The notes: generated by a model not told the origin, from the sequence alone. Positions 1 through 10,100 are shown, counted from the first letter of the stretch. The stretch: 64,000 nt of DNA from an uncultured delta proteobacterium (GCA_963771175.1 CAVYSY010000036.1:1-64000); one strand, 5' to 3'. Translations and numbers: made by a program.

Positions 1-71
1 CGGGAATCGAACCTGCCGCTCCCCAGGTGGACGCGGGGCCCTCGCGTGTGCGATCTCCCCCGCCCCTCGCC

Positions 72-794
72 ATGAGATACGTCGTCACCGCCTGGTTCTG
101 GCTCGTCTTCCTCCTCACCGCCCCGGTGCTCTTCACGCTCGGGCTGGTGCTGTTCCTCGTCGCGTACCCGTTGGACCCGGACCGGCGGTGGCTGCACGCC
201 CTGGTCTGCCGCTGGTGCTTCGGGCTGTGGCTGCACCTGTCCCCGGGCTGGCGCACTCGAGTGGAGGGGCGGGAACTGCTGCCTCGCGGCCCCTGCGTGC
301 TGGTGGCCAACCACCAGTCCGTCGCGGACATCCTCGCCGCCATGGGCCTGTTCCACCCCTACAAGTTCGTCGCCAAGTCGTCCCTGTTCTCCATCCCCAT
401 CGTGGGGTGGATGATGAGCCTGCTGGGCTACGTGGCCGTCACCCGCGGCCAGTCCTCCTCCATGCTCCAAATGTTCGAGCCGTGCCGCCGCTGGCTGCGC
501 CGGGGCATGCCGGTCCTCATCTTCCCCGAGGGCACCTACTCGCAGGGGGAGCTGCTGCGCTTCAAGCGCGGCGCATTCCAGCTCGCACTGGAGGAGCATG
601 TGCCCGTGGTGCCAGTGGTCATCGAGGGCACCCCGCAGCTCGTGGAGGGCGATGGTCCGTGGATGAGCCCTCGCGCCTCCATCCGCGTGCGCGTGCTGCC
701 GCCCCTACCACCCGAATCGTTCGGTCCGGATCCGGTGGCGCTCGCCGACCAGGTGAGGGCGCTGTACGTGGACGTGCTCTCCACCGCCCGCTGA
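72..794 (+). CDS. 1-acyl-sn-glycerol-3-phosphate / lysophospholipid acyltransferase (PlsC family)
   Basis: NHQSxxD, FPEGT and FKRGAF motifs; N-terminal hydrophobic helix; ATG at 72. Confidence 0.9.
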   Translation: MRYVVTAWFWLVFLLTAPVLFTLGLVLFLVAYPLDPDRRWLHALVCRWCFGLWLHLSPGWRTRVEGRELLPRGPCVLVANHQSVADILAAMGLFHPYKFVAKSSLFSIPIVGWMMSLLGYVAVTRGQSSSMLQMFEPCRRWLRRGMPVLIFPEGTYSQGELLRFKRGAFQLALEEHVPVVPVVIEGTPQLVEGDGPWMSPRASIRVRVLPPLPPESFGPDPVALADQVRALYVDVLSTAR

Positions 795-842
795 AGCAGG
801 GTCGGCGTCATGAGGGGAGGCGCGTCACCACTTCCGCCTCGT

Positions 843-1478
843 TCATGTCCCCGGCGGCTTGCGCGGCAGGTCCACGCTGAGCACGGCCTGCATCAGGTCC
901 ATCAGGCCCGGCCAGGCCTCGGCCGACAGCCACACGCCCTCCGGAACGTGCTCGGCGTTCACCATCAGCGAGGTGGACTCGAAGAGACGTGCCGATACCA
1001 CGCCCTCCTTCGGCAGGGCCCCGGCCACCGTGAAGCGCTGCCCGTCCCAGCCCAGCCCTTCCGGCAGCACCTGCTCCAGCATCGTGCGCAGCGCCGCCCT
1101 GCCCCCGCCCACCCGCAGCACGCCCTGCATCAGCGCGGAGGCCATCTTCGACTCCTCCAGGTCCACCCGGCCCGGGGTGCGCAGCGTCAGGTGGTAGCGG
1201 CCCGAGGCGAGCTCCAGCCGCTCGAGGGACACCTCCACGCGCAGCTTCCAGCCGGAGACCGCCAGCCGCACGTCGTAGGCCTGCGGCAGGTTGGCCCAGT
1301 CCCCCACCGTGAGCGCCTTCACGTCCCGCAGTGCCCGCCGGGTGAGCGCCTCCACCCGCGCATGCGACAGGCGCAGCCGCTTGCGCGCCACGTCCACCGA
1401 GACCTCACTGGAGAGCCCCGAAGGCAACTTCCCCACCCACTCCTTCGCACTCTCCCACCACCGCGAAGCACCGGACAT
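843..1478 (-). CDS. hypothetical protein
   Basis: Open frame with protein-like composition (MSGASRWWESAKEW...); AGGAGG upstream of ATG. Confidence 0.65.
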   Translation of the reverse strand: MSGASRWWESAKEWVGKLPSGLSSEVSVDVARKRLRLSHARVEALTRRALRDVKALTVGDWANLPQAYDVRLAVSGWKLRVEVSLERLELASGRYHLTLRTPGRVDLEESKMASALMQGVLRVGGGRAALRTMLEQVLPEGLGWDGQRFTVAGALPKEGVVSARLFESTSLMVNAEHVPEGVWLSAEAWPGLMDLMQAVLSVDLPRKPPGT

Positions 1479-1722
1479 TTCGACACCCTCCTGACACTCC
1501 CTCCCCCTATCTGGCCCCGAGCCCTCCCCGGTTTCAAGTGAAGCCGTACGCCCAAGGCATGATCCGGTCGCGCCCATGAGCCATTCCCGCCCCCGCTCGC
1601 GGCCCCGCTCGTCCCCTGGCTCTGCTGGCCCAAGGCGCTCTCATCGGAGCCTTCACGCTGACACGCTGAACACATGGACGGGGTGTGTGCCCCGGCCCTG
1701 TGTGATTAGATGCCCCCCAGGC

Positions 1723-2370
1723 ATGACGATCGGCTCCCCAGAAGGTCCCCCCTCCCAGTGGCTCGAGGTGCACCGGGCGGTGCTCTCCACACTCGATGCG
1801 CTGGCCTCGTCCACCGGGTGGATCGCCACCGCGGCCAACGTTGGCATCGAGCCGATCTTCGAGCGTGTGCTCCAGCAGGTTTGCGAGCCCCGGGGCGTGA
1901 CTCCCGAGGCCTATATCGAGTTCATCAACCAGGACGCCGCGCTCCGCCGGGAGATCCAGACCCGCCTCTCGCGCCTGCTGGAGAACCCGGCGCTGATGGG
2001 CATGCGCCGCGAGGCCCAGCGCCGCGAGGCCGAGTACCAGCTCCACACCCTGCGCTACGTCATGTCCGGCGAGGAGCCGCCCGAGTGGGTGTGGAGCTCG
2101 CTCGACGAGGAGCAACAGCTCCAGCTCCGGGACGCGGCGGAATCAGGCGAGGAGCGCGACCCCGTGCTCCTCCCCCGGGTGGACCGGGCCCTGGCGAAGC
2201 TGGCCGCGGGCGGCGCCACCTATGGCCAGTGCGAAGACTGTGGCACCCCCATCCTCCTGGAGCGCCTGCAGATCGTTCCCTGGGCGGAGTGCTGCGCCTC
2301 CTGCCAGCGCAAGCGCGAGGGCACCCCGGACGTGGAGCCGGAGCCCCAGGTCCCCGTCGTCTATTTCTGA
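1723..2370 (+). CDS. TraR/DksA C4-type zinc-finger protein
   Basis: C-terminal YGQCEDCGTPILLERLQIVPWAECCASCQ. Confidence 0.8.
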   Translation: MTIGSPEGPPSQWLEVHRAVLSTLDALASSTGWIATAANVGIEPIFERVLQQVCEPRGVTPEAYIEFINQDAALRREIQTRLSRLLENPALMGMRREAQRREAEYQLHTLRYVMSGEEPPEWVWSSLDEEQQLQLRDAAESGEERDPVLLPRVDRALAKLAAGGATYGQCEDCGTPILLERLQIVPWAECCASCQRKREGTPDVEPEPQVPVVYF

Positions 2371-3317
2371 GCGGGCCACGTGCCCGCCTCCACCACTCGC
2401 CGGGCGATGGCTCGGCTGATGGGGTGTCCCAGCTTCAGCTCGACATCCAGGTAGATGGGCGAGCTGTTGAGCTCCAGGAACACCCAGTCGTCCCCCTCGT
2501 GCTTGATGTCGATGCCCGCGAAGGTGAGGCCGCACGCGCGCGCCGCCTCCCGGCAGAAGCGCTGCACGGGCTCGGGGAGTCGGACCTCCCGATAGGTGGC
2601 CTCGCCCCCGCTGTAGACGGGGTCCGCCCGGAAGTCGAGATGCCGCGCCGGTGTCTCGATGGCCACCGACGACACGAGCTCCTCCCCCACCAGCATGATG
2701 CGCAGGTCCTCTCCCCCCACGCGCTCCTGGAAGATGACGGGCGAGGCGGTGACGTCCTCGAGCCGCCCGAGCGCCTCGTCATCCAGCGTCCGGGTGATGG
2801 CACCGCCCATGATGGGCTTGAAGATGACGTCCTTCACCTCGGCATGGAAGGCGCGGATGGCGGCGGGGTCGTTGGAGATGAGCGTGCGAGGCACCCGCGC
2901 CCCGAGGCCGCGCAGCACGTGAAGCTGGAAGGGCTTGTACTGCATGACGCTCGCCGCATGCGGGCCGTTGACCAGCGTGGCGCCCCGGTGGGCGAGCTGG
3001 AGCAACCACGCGATGAAGTACGTCGCCCGCTCGCGCGAGTGCATGAAGGTGGTGAACCAGTCCTCATACAGGACGAGCTCGCCGTCGCGCTCCACGCTCG
3101 GGGCGTAGGGCGCGGGGATGTGGCGGAGGTAGAAGCCCCGGAGGTCGTCCACCTGCTCGCCCCGGTAGAAGGTCCGGCCATCGAGCATGGACAGCGGAAG
3201 ACCCCGGTCGAGCGCGTTGGGCTCGAGGAACAGGGTGTCCGCGCCAAGCGCCGCGGCCTCGCGGGCCACCGCCGCGCACTGCACATCCGTCGCTTCGCCG
3301 AAGATACCGATTCGCAA
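2361..3317 (-). CDS. RimK-like ATP-grasp ligase, probable graspetide synthetase
   Basis: KPFQL, PRTLISNDP, VIFKPIMGG, PVIFQERV, DFR, FAGIDIK and FLELNSSP motifs; probable TTG start. Confidence 0.85.
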   Translation of the reverse strand: MRIGIFGEATDVQCAAVAREAAALGADTLFLEPNALDRGLPLSMLDGRTFYRGEQVDDLRGFYLRHIPAPYAPSVERDGELVLYEDWFTTFMHSRERATYFIAWLLQLAHRGATLVNGPHAASVMQYKPFQLHVLRGLGARVPRTLISNDPAAIRAFHAEVKDVIFKPIMGGAITRTLDDEALGRLEDVTASPVIFQERVGGEDLRIMLVGEELVSSVAIETPARHLDFRADPVYSGGEATYREVRLPEPVQRFCREAARACGLTFAGIDIKHEGDDWVFLELNSSPIYLDVELKLGHPISRAIARRVVEAGTWPAQK

Positions 3318-3429
3318 GGCTCGTCCCCCCGGACAGACAACACCCGAGCATGGTCCAGACCTTGCCGATTCCTCTCCGCATCCGAATAACGAACCGGAGA
3401 GGGCTGAACACTCGCGGGGGGGAGCTGTC

Positions 3430-3588
3430 GTGACGAAGACGCGAAAGGGCACGCCATTCATCAAGTTCGAGCTTCCGAAGCTCCGGAAGCCCGGGAGCAA
3501 GCCACCAGGCAAGCCCGAGAAGCCCAAGCCCACCGACAGGCTGACGACCCTGATGGTGGGCGAGGAAGGCGGAAAGAGCGAACCGTAG
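3430..3588 (+). CDS. graspetide (omega-ester peptide) precursor, 52 aa, TTxxxxEE core
   Basis: GGAG RBS plus GTG; MTKTRKGTPFIKFELPKLRKPGSKPPGKPEKPKPTDRLTTLMVGEEGGKSEP; adjacent to ATP-grasp ligase. Confidence 0.75.
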   Translation: MTKTRKGTPFIKFELPKLRKPGSKPPGKPEKPKPTDRLTTLMVGEEGGKSEP

Positions 3589-3606
3589 CCCTCGGCGGCA
3601 TCCGCC

Positions 3607-4218
3607 TCAGGGGCTGGTGCGCAGCATCTTGAGGGCCTCGCGGAACAGGGCCTGGAAGGCGGCCTCGTCGCCGAGCCGCTCGCTGGCGGACTCCGCGGCC
3701 TTCTCCGCCTGCGGCTGCTTGTAGCCGAGGTTGATGAGCGCCGAGACCAGGTCCGCCGTGCTCCCCGAGGTGGGCGACACCGGCTTCGCCTGCGCGGCCA
3801 CCTGCTCCAGGTGCAGCGTCTTCACCTTGTCCTTGAGCTCCAGCACCAGCCGCTCGGCGGTCTTCTTCCCCACCCCGTGAATCTTGGTGAGGCGCGCCAC
3901 CTCGCCCCGGCCCAGCGCCGCCACCAGCTCCGGCAGCTCCATGCCGGAGAGCACCGCCAGCGCGAGCCTCGGCCCCACGTGGCTCACCGAGTTGAGCAGC
4001 AGGAAGAGCTCCTCCTCCGCGCGCGAGAGGAAGCCGAACAGCTCGAAGGCATCCTCGCGCACCACGGTGCGCACCCGCACCTGCACGGGCTCGCCCTCGG
4101 GGGGCAGCCGCCCCAGCGTCAGGGAGGAGAAGAACACCCGGTACCCCACTCCCCCCACGTCGATGATGGCCTCGTCCAGGCTCTTCTCCTGCACGGTGCC
4201 ACGCAGTGCCGCGATCAT
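3607..4218 (-). CDS. ruvA: Holliday junction DNA-binding subunit RuvA
   Basis: MIAALRG...DVGGVGY, VREDAFELFGF, GVGKKTAERL, ALINLGY. Confidence 0.95.
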   Translation of the reverse strand: MIAALRGTVQEKSLDEAIIDVGGVGYRVFFSSLTLGRLPPEGEPVQVRVRTVVREDAFELFGFLSRAEEELFLLLNSVSHVGPRLALAVLSGMELPELVAALGRGEVARLTKIHGVGKKTAERLVLELKDKVKTLHLEQVAAQAKPVSPTSGSTADLVSALINLGYKQPQAEKAAESASERLGDEAAFQALFREALKMLRTSP

Positions 4219-4789
4219 CCCGCCTCCGGTCGCCGGTAGGACGGCGTCAGCCTGTCCGTGAGCTGTGACTGCGCCGACTTGCGGCGCGACTTCGAGACCT
4301 TGCCCGCCGCCACCGGCACGGCGGCCCGGCCATGGTTGAGGTGGCACAGGGCCACCGCGAGCGCATCGCTGGCGTCGGCGCGCTCGACCTCCTCGAGTTG
4401 AGGAAGGTGCACACCATGCGCGCCACCGCGTCCTTGCCGGCCGCGCCGCCAGCACCCACCGCGCGCTTCACCCGGGCCGGCGGGTACTCGTGCACGGTGA
4501 GCCCCACCTGGGCCGCGGCCAGCAGCGCCACCCCGCGCGCGTGCCCGAGGATGAGCGCGCTGCGCGCGTTGCGGAAGGTGAAGACGCCCTCCACCGCCAC
4601 CGCCTGGGGCTTGTAGAGCCGCAGGGCCGTCAGCAGCGAGTCGTGCAGCTCCTTGAGCCGCAGCTCCAGCGGGTCGTCCGGGTCCACCTTGATGACGCCA
4701 TGCCCCACATGGACCAGCCGGCCGCGCCGCTCCTCCACCACGCCATACCCCATGAAGCGACTGCCGGGGTCGATGCCTAGGACGCGCAA
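4215..4789 (-). CDS. ruvC: Holliday junction resolvase RuvC (one frameshift near 4400)
   Basis: VLGIDPG...GYG, LGHARGV; C-terminal DASDALAVALCH lies in a second frame. Confidence 0.9.
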
Positions 4790-4875
4790 GTGCCTCTCCG
4801 GGAACAACGGAACGGGGGTTCAGCCCGCCCTATAACGCGCACGCCGCCCCCGTGTCGATGTGCCTGAACGCCCCA

Positions 4876-5625
4876 CTACGCCGAGAGCGACTCCATCAGC
4901 TCGTCGTCCATCTCGAAGTTGGCGTGGACGTTCTGCACGTCGTCGTTGTCCTCCAGCAGGTTCATCAGCTTGAGCATCTTCTTGGCGTTGTCGCCCTCGA
5001 GCCGGACGGTGTTCTGCGGGACGTACGTCCACTTCTGCTCGCCCAGCTTCAGGCCGGCCGCCTCCAGGCTGGCGGCCACGGCGTGCAGGTCGACCGGGGC
5101 GGTGCGCACCTCGAAGCCGTCCTCCCCTTGATTGAGGACGTCCTCGGCGCCGGCTTCGATGGCCTTCTCCATCACCTGGTCCTCCGAGGGACCCGGCTTG
5201 ACGGTGATGACGCCCTTCTTGTGGAACATCCAGTTCACCGAGCCTTCGGCGCCCAGGTTGCCCCCCTCCTTGGAGAACATGGAGCGCACGTCGGCCGCGC
5301 TGCGGTTGCGGTTGTCCGTGAGGCACTCCACCAGCACCGCCACGCCCCCGGGGCCATAGCCCTCGTAGACAATCTCCTCGTAGGTCTCCCCCTCCAACTC
5401 ACCGGTGCCCTTCTTGATGGCACGCTGGATGTTGTCGTTGGGCATGTTCGCCTCGCGCGCCGCGGCGATGGCCACGCGCAACCGGGCGTTGGCGTCGGGG
5501 TTGCCTCCCCCCAGCCTGGCCGCGACCGTGAGCTCCTTGATGAGCTTGGAGTAGAGCTTGCCCTTGCTCGCGCCCATCACGGCCTTGTACCGCTTGAGCT
5601 TCGACCATCGGTTGTGACCGGACAT
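4876..5625 (-). CDS. yebC: YebC/PmpR family protein
   Basis: MSGHNRWSK, YEGYGPGG, TDNRNRS, DDVQNVHAN; typical position before ruvC. Confidence 0.95.
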   Translation of the reverse strand: MSGHNRWSKLKRYKAVMGASKGKLYSKLIKELTVAARLGGGNPDANARLRVAIAAAREANMPNDNIQRAIKKGTGELEGETYEEIVYEGYGPGGVAVLVECLTDNRNRSAADVRSMFSKEGGNLGAEGSVNWMFHKKGVITVKPGPSEDQVMEKAIEAGAEDVLNQGEDGFEVRTAPVDLHAVAASLEAAGLKLGEQKWTYVPQNTVRLEGDNAKKMLKLMNLLEDNDDVQNVHANFEMDDELMESLSA

Positions 5626-5738
5626 GGGAAGTGACGCTCCTGGAGGATGCTCCCTGGGGAATGCGACGCCGCGCCTTCTCCCTCAGAGGAGCCGGCCGAG
5701 TCAAACAAACACCGAGAGCCGCCCCCTCCCCGCCCGAC

Positions 5739-6875
5739 TCAAGCCGCCTGGGAGGGACTCGTCCCGTCGAAGGCCTCGGAGAAGGGCTCCTCCTCCTCCT
5801 CGGAGGAGAGCACCGGCTCGAAGAAGGGTGGGATGACCTGCGGCGGCGGCTCGCGCTCGGCGATGAGGTTGGCCGGCACCAGCACGCCCTGCGCGTACAG
5901 ACACGTCACCGCCTCCAGCGTCGTCACCTCGGACAGGGTGCACTCCAGGAGCGCGGTATGCACCGTGCGCTGGCCGTCGAAGAGGCGGATGACACGACTC
6001 ACGTCGTCGGGCAGGGACTTGAGCACGTCCGCCAGCCGCTTGAAGTCCACCGTGAGGCGGGCGGACAGGGGAATGCCCCGGGCGCACAGGGCCGAGAAGC
6101 GCTCGGCGGCCGGCAGGAGCGTCGCGGCGTAGAGCTTCTGGTCGAGGAGGGGATTGCCCTCGACGAGCACCTCCCCGAAGGAGACGGCGTAGGCGCCCGA
6201 GCCGAAGAAGAGGATGCGGCGCACGGCGGTGAGGCCGCGCTCGCCCTCGAAGGAGGCGTCCACCACGTGGCCCTGGCGGAAGGAGAGCCAGCCCTCGTTG
6301 TCGCGCAGCTCGACGCGGCCTTCCCGGGTGCCGCACACCATCGCGTGGACAATCTGCGCGAGGGGCAGCCGGGCGGAGTGGGCCTCGTAGGCGGGAGCGG
6401 AGGAGCTGCGGCCGGCCTTCAGCCGGGCGAGCGACACCACCACCTCCGGCGGCACGGGCTGCGGGAGGTAGTCGTCGGCGTGGACAGCCTCGGCGCGCTG
6501 GCGGTGGTCGGGCTGCTCGTGGCGCGCCAGCAGGTAGACGGGGAGGTGCTCGGTACGGGCGTCGGCGCGGAGCTGCTCGCAGAAGGTGAAGCCATCCAGG
6601 CCGTCGCCAGCGGGCTCGACGTTGGCGATGACGAGGTGGGGCAGCGGGCGCCCCGGGGCGAGCTCCCCGAACACGTCCTCGATGGAGGGGGCGGCGAGCA
6701 CCTCGAAGCCGGCGCTGACGAGCTCCATGGCCAGCGAGGAGCGCACGTCCTTGTCGGCCTCGACGAGCAGCACGCGGGGGCGGAACCGGGTGGAGCGCCG
6801 CCGGGGGCTGACATCAGCCGAGGCGGACGACGCGGCAGGCGCGAGGACAGTGGCGCGGGGCAGGCTGTCGGCCAT
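5739..6875 (-). CDS. receiver-domain plus DUF4388-like protein (atypical receiver)
   Basis: VLLVEAD...LDGFTFCEQLRAD...ADDYLPQP, then GRVEL...FRQGHVVDASF. Confidence 0.75.
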   Translation of the reverse strand: MADSLPRATVLAPAASSASADVSPRRRSTRFRPRVLLVEADKDVRSSLAMELVSAGFEVLAAPSIEDVFGELAPGRPLPHLVIANVEPAGDGLDGFTFCEQLRADARTEHLPVYLLARHEQPDHRQRAEAVHADDYLPQPVPPEVVVSLARLKAGRSSSAPAYEAHSARLPLAQIVHAMVCGTREGRVELRDNEGWLSFRQGHVVDASFEGERGLTAVRRILFFGSGAYAVSFGEVLVEGNPLLDQKLYAATLLPAAERFSALCARGIPLSARLTVDFKRLADVLKSLPDDVSRVIRLFDGQRTVHTALLECTLSEVTTLEAVTCLYAQGVLVPANLIAEREPPPQVIPPFFEPVLSSEEEEEPFSEAFDGTSPSQAA

Positions 6876-7103
6876 GGCGAGACTCCTAGAGCGGCGGGTC
6901 GGAGAGACCAGGAACTCTACTTCCGGTGAAAAACTACAACAGCCTGAGAAAGAAGACTACCTCGAAGCAAGGGAGACCCAGGCTATACCGGAGAGGAGTG
7001 TAGCAATAGAACCCAAGGGCTTGAAATTGTTGGATACGCGTCAACCGGGAAGGACATGAAACGCTCGACGGCTCGGGGGGCGAGGCGGCAGAGTGGGCGG
7101 CCT

Positions 7104-7784
7104 ATGACGCGACTGATGCTGGTGTGGGTGCTCGCGCCGCTGGTGGCGGTGGCGCAGGAGACGGAGACGCAGGCCGGGGCGACGGAAGCGGCGAGGCTGG
7201 AGACGAAGCAGGAGAACTTCGGAGCGGTGGTGGCGCCCGCGGCGTTGCCGGACGGGGCGATGGCGGTGTCCGGGTGGGTGGGGGTGCCGGAGCTGGGCGT
7301 GGCGTATCGCCAGGGGGTGGGCGGCTGGGAGGTGGGGGCGCGGGCCCGGTTCGACTACTTGCGGCTGGCGGTGACGGGCGAGGCGGTGGGCCGGCGGCAG
7401 GTGTGGACGAACGGGACGTGGGCGGTGGCACCGGAGCTGTCGCTCGGAGTGACGGGGAACACGGGGAGCCGGTACTTCGACGAGCAGAACCTGGAGGGGT
7501 GGTTCCTCCGGGTGAACCCGGGAGTGGTGGCGAGCTGGAAGGTGGCGGAGACGGTGACGGCGCTGGGCGTGCTGGAGGTGCCGTACGACCTGGGGCTGAG
7601 CCCGAGCGGGACGTGGCGCGTCAAGCCGCTGGCCGGAGGCGGCGCGGAAATCTACCTGGGCGAGGACCTGTCGGTGTCCGCGGTGGGCGAGCTCGGGGTG
7701 GACGTGTTCAAGGAGCTGCGCGGGGTGACGCAGACGCGGCTGGGCTACGGGGTCCGCCTGGGCCTGGGCGTGCGCCTGTTCTGA
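7104..7784 (+). CDS. secreted / outer-membrane beta-barrel hypothetical protein
   Basis: Signal peptide, amphipathic beta-strands, C-terminal Phe. Confidence 0.65.
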   Translation: MTRLMLVWVLAPLVAVAQETETQAGATEAARLETKQENFGAVVAPAALPDGAMAVSGWVGVPELGVAYRQGVGGWEVGARARFDYLRLAVTGEAVGRRQVWTNGTWAVAPELSLGVTGNTGSRYFDEQNLEGWFLRVNPGVVASWKVAETVTALGVLEVPYDLGLSPSGTWRVKPLAGGGAEIYLGEDLSVSAVGELGVDVFKELRGVTQTRLGYGVRLGLGVRLF

Positions 7785-7806
7785 CGGAGATTCCCTACTC
7801 CCCGGC

Positions 7807-8319
7807 CTATGGGGAGTACGGGTAGCGCGCCAGCACCTTCCCGTCCGGAGTGACTGCGTACAATTCGAACCAGTCGGGCGTCAGGATGAATCCGGGAGCG
7901 AACCTCCCGCATTTCTCCACGCGCTGGTTGATCTGGACGAAATACAATCCCCCCTGTTCGCCAACGACGACCTCCATGGCCTTGGCCGAGTGGGAACAGG
8001 TCTTCGCATATTCTTTTGGAAAGCTCGCCAGCAGGTGTTGCAGCGCGGCATGAGCCGCGAGGACAGCAGGACCGTCCAGGGTGGCCAGCGGGCGCAGTTC
8101 ATCGGGCCATTGAATGCCCTCCGCGACGATGGGCGGGCGCGCGGCAGTTCCTCCATCCGCCTCGGGTGTAGCGACAACTCCTCCATCCGTCTCCAGGGCG
8201 CCGGGGAGAGGGGCAGCCGTTCCCCCATCCGCCCCCGCGATGCTCAGTTGGGGGACAACAACCGCCCCTCCGTCCACCAGGAGCGACAGGAGAAGGATGA
8301 AACGATGAGGCCTCATCAT
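7807..8319 (-). CDS. secreted hypothetical protein
   Basis: Hydrophobic N-terminus, DGG repeats, C-terminal ELYAVTPDGKVLARYPY. Confidence 0.6.
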   Translation of the reverse strand: MMRPHRFILLLSLLVDGGAVVVPQLSIAGADGGTAAPLPGALETDGGVVATPEADGGTAARPPIVAEGIQWPDELRPLATLDGPAVLAAHAALQHLLASFPKEYAKTCSHSAKAMEVVVGEQGGLYFVQINQRVEKCGRFAPGFILTPDWFELYAVTPDGKVLARYPYSP

Positions 8320-8398
8320 GGAATCAGGCTCCTGGGCTCTCTACCACTTCAGGGAGGGTGAGCACTGCGCTTGAAGTCACTTTATTCTTTTCCATCGC

Positions 8399-9736
8399 CT
8401 AACGATGCCGCTCTGCCACGCGATAGAGCCGGGTGAGGGAGTAATCCAGGAGAGCTTGGCGCGACCGCATGTAGTGGCGGGCCCGGACAAAGGGAAACCA
8501 GACGCGCCCGCCCACGAGCACCTGGACCTCCTCGAGCTTCCTGCGCGGTATCCACCGGCCTCCGAGGTTGCGCACCAGCACCTGGCCCACGTACGCGCCA
8601 ATAGCGGGCACCGCGCGCTCGTCAATGGCTTCACGCAGGCGGCTCGTCGGGAACTCCTCACGCCAGAAGTAGAAGTCAGCATCCGTGAGGGACTCGGGCG
8701 TCTCCTCGAAGACGGAGGGCACCTCGGTGTGCAGCAGGGCCACGAGGAGCTCGGCGAGGTAGCTGTAGTGCTCGAGGGCGCGCTCCGGGTCATCCACGTC
8801 CGGAGGAAGGGCGGCGTCCGCGGGGCGCCACTCCTCGGGCTCGGGCGGCTGCCACGCGTTGAGCTCGGCAATCCTGCGCTGGCGCTCGTGAATGGCGGCG
8901 CGCTCCACGACACGCGAGAGGAGCGGGGCCACGTCCGGGTGGAAGCGGGGCTCCACGGGAGCGAGCGTGGCGCTGCGCTCGCGCAGGGCGCGCAACACGG
9001 TGTCAGGGTCCAGGTCCGGCCGGAGGTGGCAGTGGGCACGTGCCTGGGCCTCACGCGCTTCCTCGCTGGCGAAGTCCGCGGCCGTGGGCCACGTCACCAG
9101 AAGGACACTCCCGTTGGGCAGTTCCTCCACCCGCCAGGCCGGCGTGGACAGCATGCGCTCGCGGCCGACGGTCTCCACCAGCTTCGGGCCGAAGACGTTG
9201 AGCCAGTACACCTCGTAGATTTTGTCGAAGCCATTCCTGGACTCAGTCTCATCATCGCGGCCGAAATTGGGAGCGCCGGACAATGCCCTGTCAGCCATGC
9301 TGTGGGCCATGGCATAAGTGACCGGGTAGCGCGAGGCCCACGCGCGCACCATCTCCACGAACTCGCGGCAGCGCTCCGCCTCGGAAAAAAAGGAGAGTGG
9401 CGTCACCTTGAGCAAGAGGTCCAGCCTGGGCGGAAGAGGCGGCAGGTAGAGCCCGAGTGACATGTCCATCGCTGGCCACTTCGTGCAATAGAGCCCACAA
9501 TGTGTGTATCTTTCACTGCCCCGCTCCTCCAGGGCCTTCCAAACGGCGGCGCGGGCGTATTTCCGTTGCCGCTTGCCTCCCACAATGTTTGGCATCCACT
9601 CGCCCGCGTGCTCCTCAAGCACTTCGAGAAAGGGCTCCAGTACGCTCTCCCGTGCCGCCCGCGAGTCGTAGGCACCGTCGAAAGTGAGTCGGAGACTGTC
9701 CTCCGACTTCAAATCGTGCACGCTCAGCCGCTTCAT
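8399..9736 (-). CDS. putative immunity-like protein
   Basis: Intact 445-aa frame; YWLNVFGPKLVETVGRERMLSTPAWRVEELPNGSVLLV resembles toxin-immunity proteins; ATGA overlap with upstream ORF. Confidence 0.6.
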   Translation of the reverse strand: MKRLSVHDLKSEDSLRLTFDGAYDSRAARESVLEPFLEVLEEHAGEWMPNIVGGKRQRKYARAAVWKALEERGSERYTHCGLYCTKWPAMDMSLGLYLPPLPPRLDLLLKVTPLSFFSEAERCREFVEMVRAWASRYPVTYAMAHSMADRALSGAPNFGRDDETESRNGFDKIYEVYWLNVFGPKLVETVGRERMLSTPAWRVEELPNGSVLLVTWPTAADFASEEAREAQARAHCHLRPDLDPDTVLRALRERSATLAPVEPRFHPDVAPLLSRVVERAAIHERQRRIAELNAWQPPEPEEWRPADAALPPDVDDPERALEHYSYLAELLVALLHTEVPSVFEETPESLTDADFYFWREEFPTSRLREAIDERAVPAIGAYVGQVLVRNLGGRWIPRRKLEEVQVLVGGRVWFPFVRARHYMRSRQALLDYSLTRLYRVAERHR

Positions 9737-10100
9737 TGGAACAGCACCTCCACGTCCGGAACCTCGCTCTTGGTTGCGTTCACGGCCCTCTTCAATTCAC
9801 TGACGGCCTTGGACATCTGCTCGTCGGGCGCCCAGCGCAGAGGCGCCTTGGTGGCCTTGCCCTGCTGGAGCTCCCCCAGGCGCTTCTCGTAGTAGGCGAC
9901 GTACTCACCCCAACGCGGGTTGCCCTCGGCTCCGGGCGGCGGAGTGTCGGGAGAGGGTCGCTGCTTCTCCAGCACCGCCACGTCCCGGGGCAGACGCGGG
10001 CCCGGCGCCTCCAGAGCCACCAGCGCCAGCCGGGCCTCCACCACCTCCCGGGTGAGGCCCACCCCCTCATCCACCAGGGAGGCCAGCACCCCGGGGCCCT
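9733..10100 (-). pseudogene. remnant of a myxobacterial toxin-like gene
   Basis: GVLASLVDEGVGLTREVVEARL...WGEYVAYYEKRL...PLRW joined to ...EVPDVEVLFQ; no credible start. Confidence 0.5.

Noticed and set aside
3590..3610. Absence of ruvB after ruvA as a gene loss
   Set aside because: ruvB is often unlinked; this cannot be judged from one window
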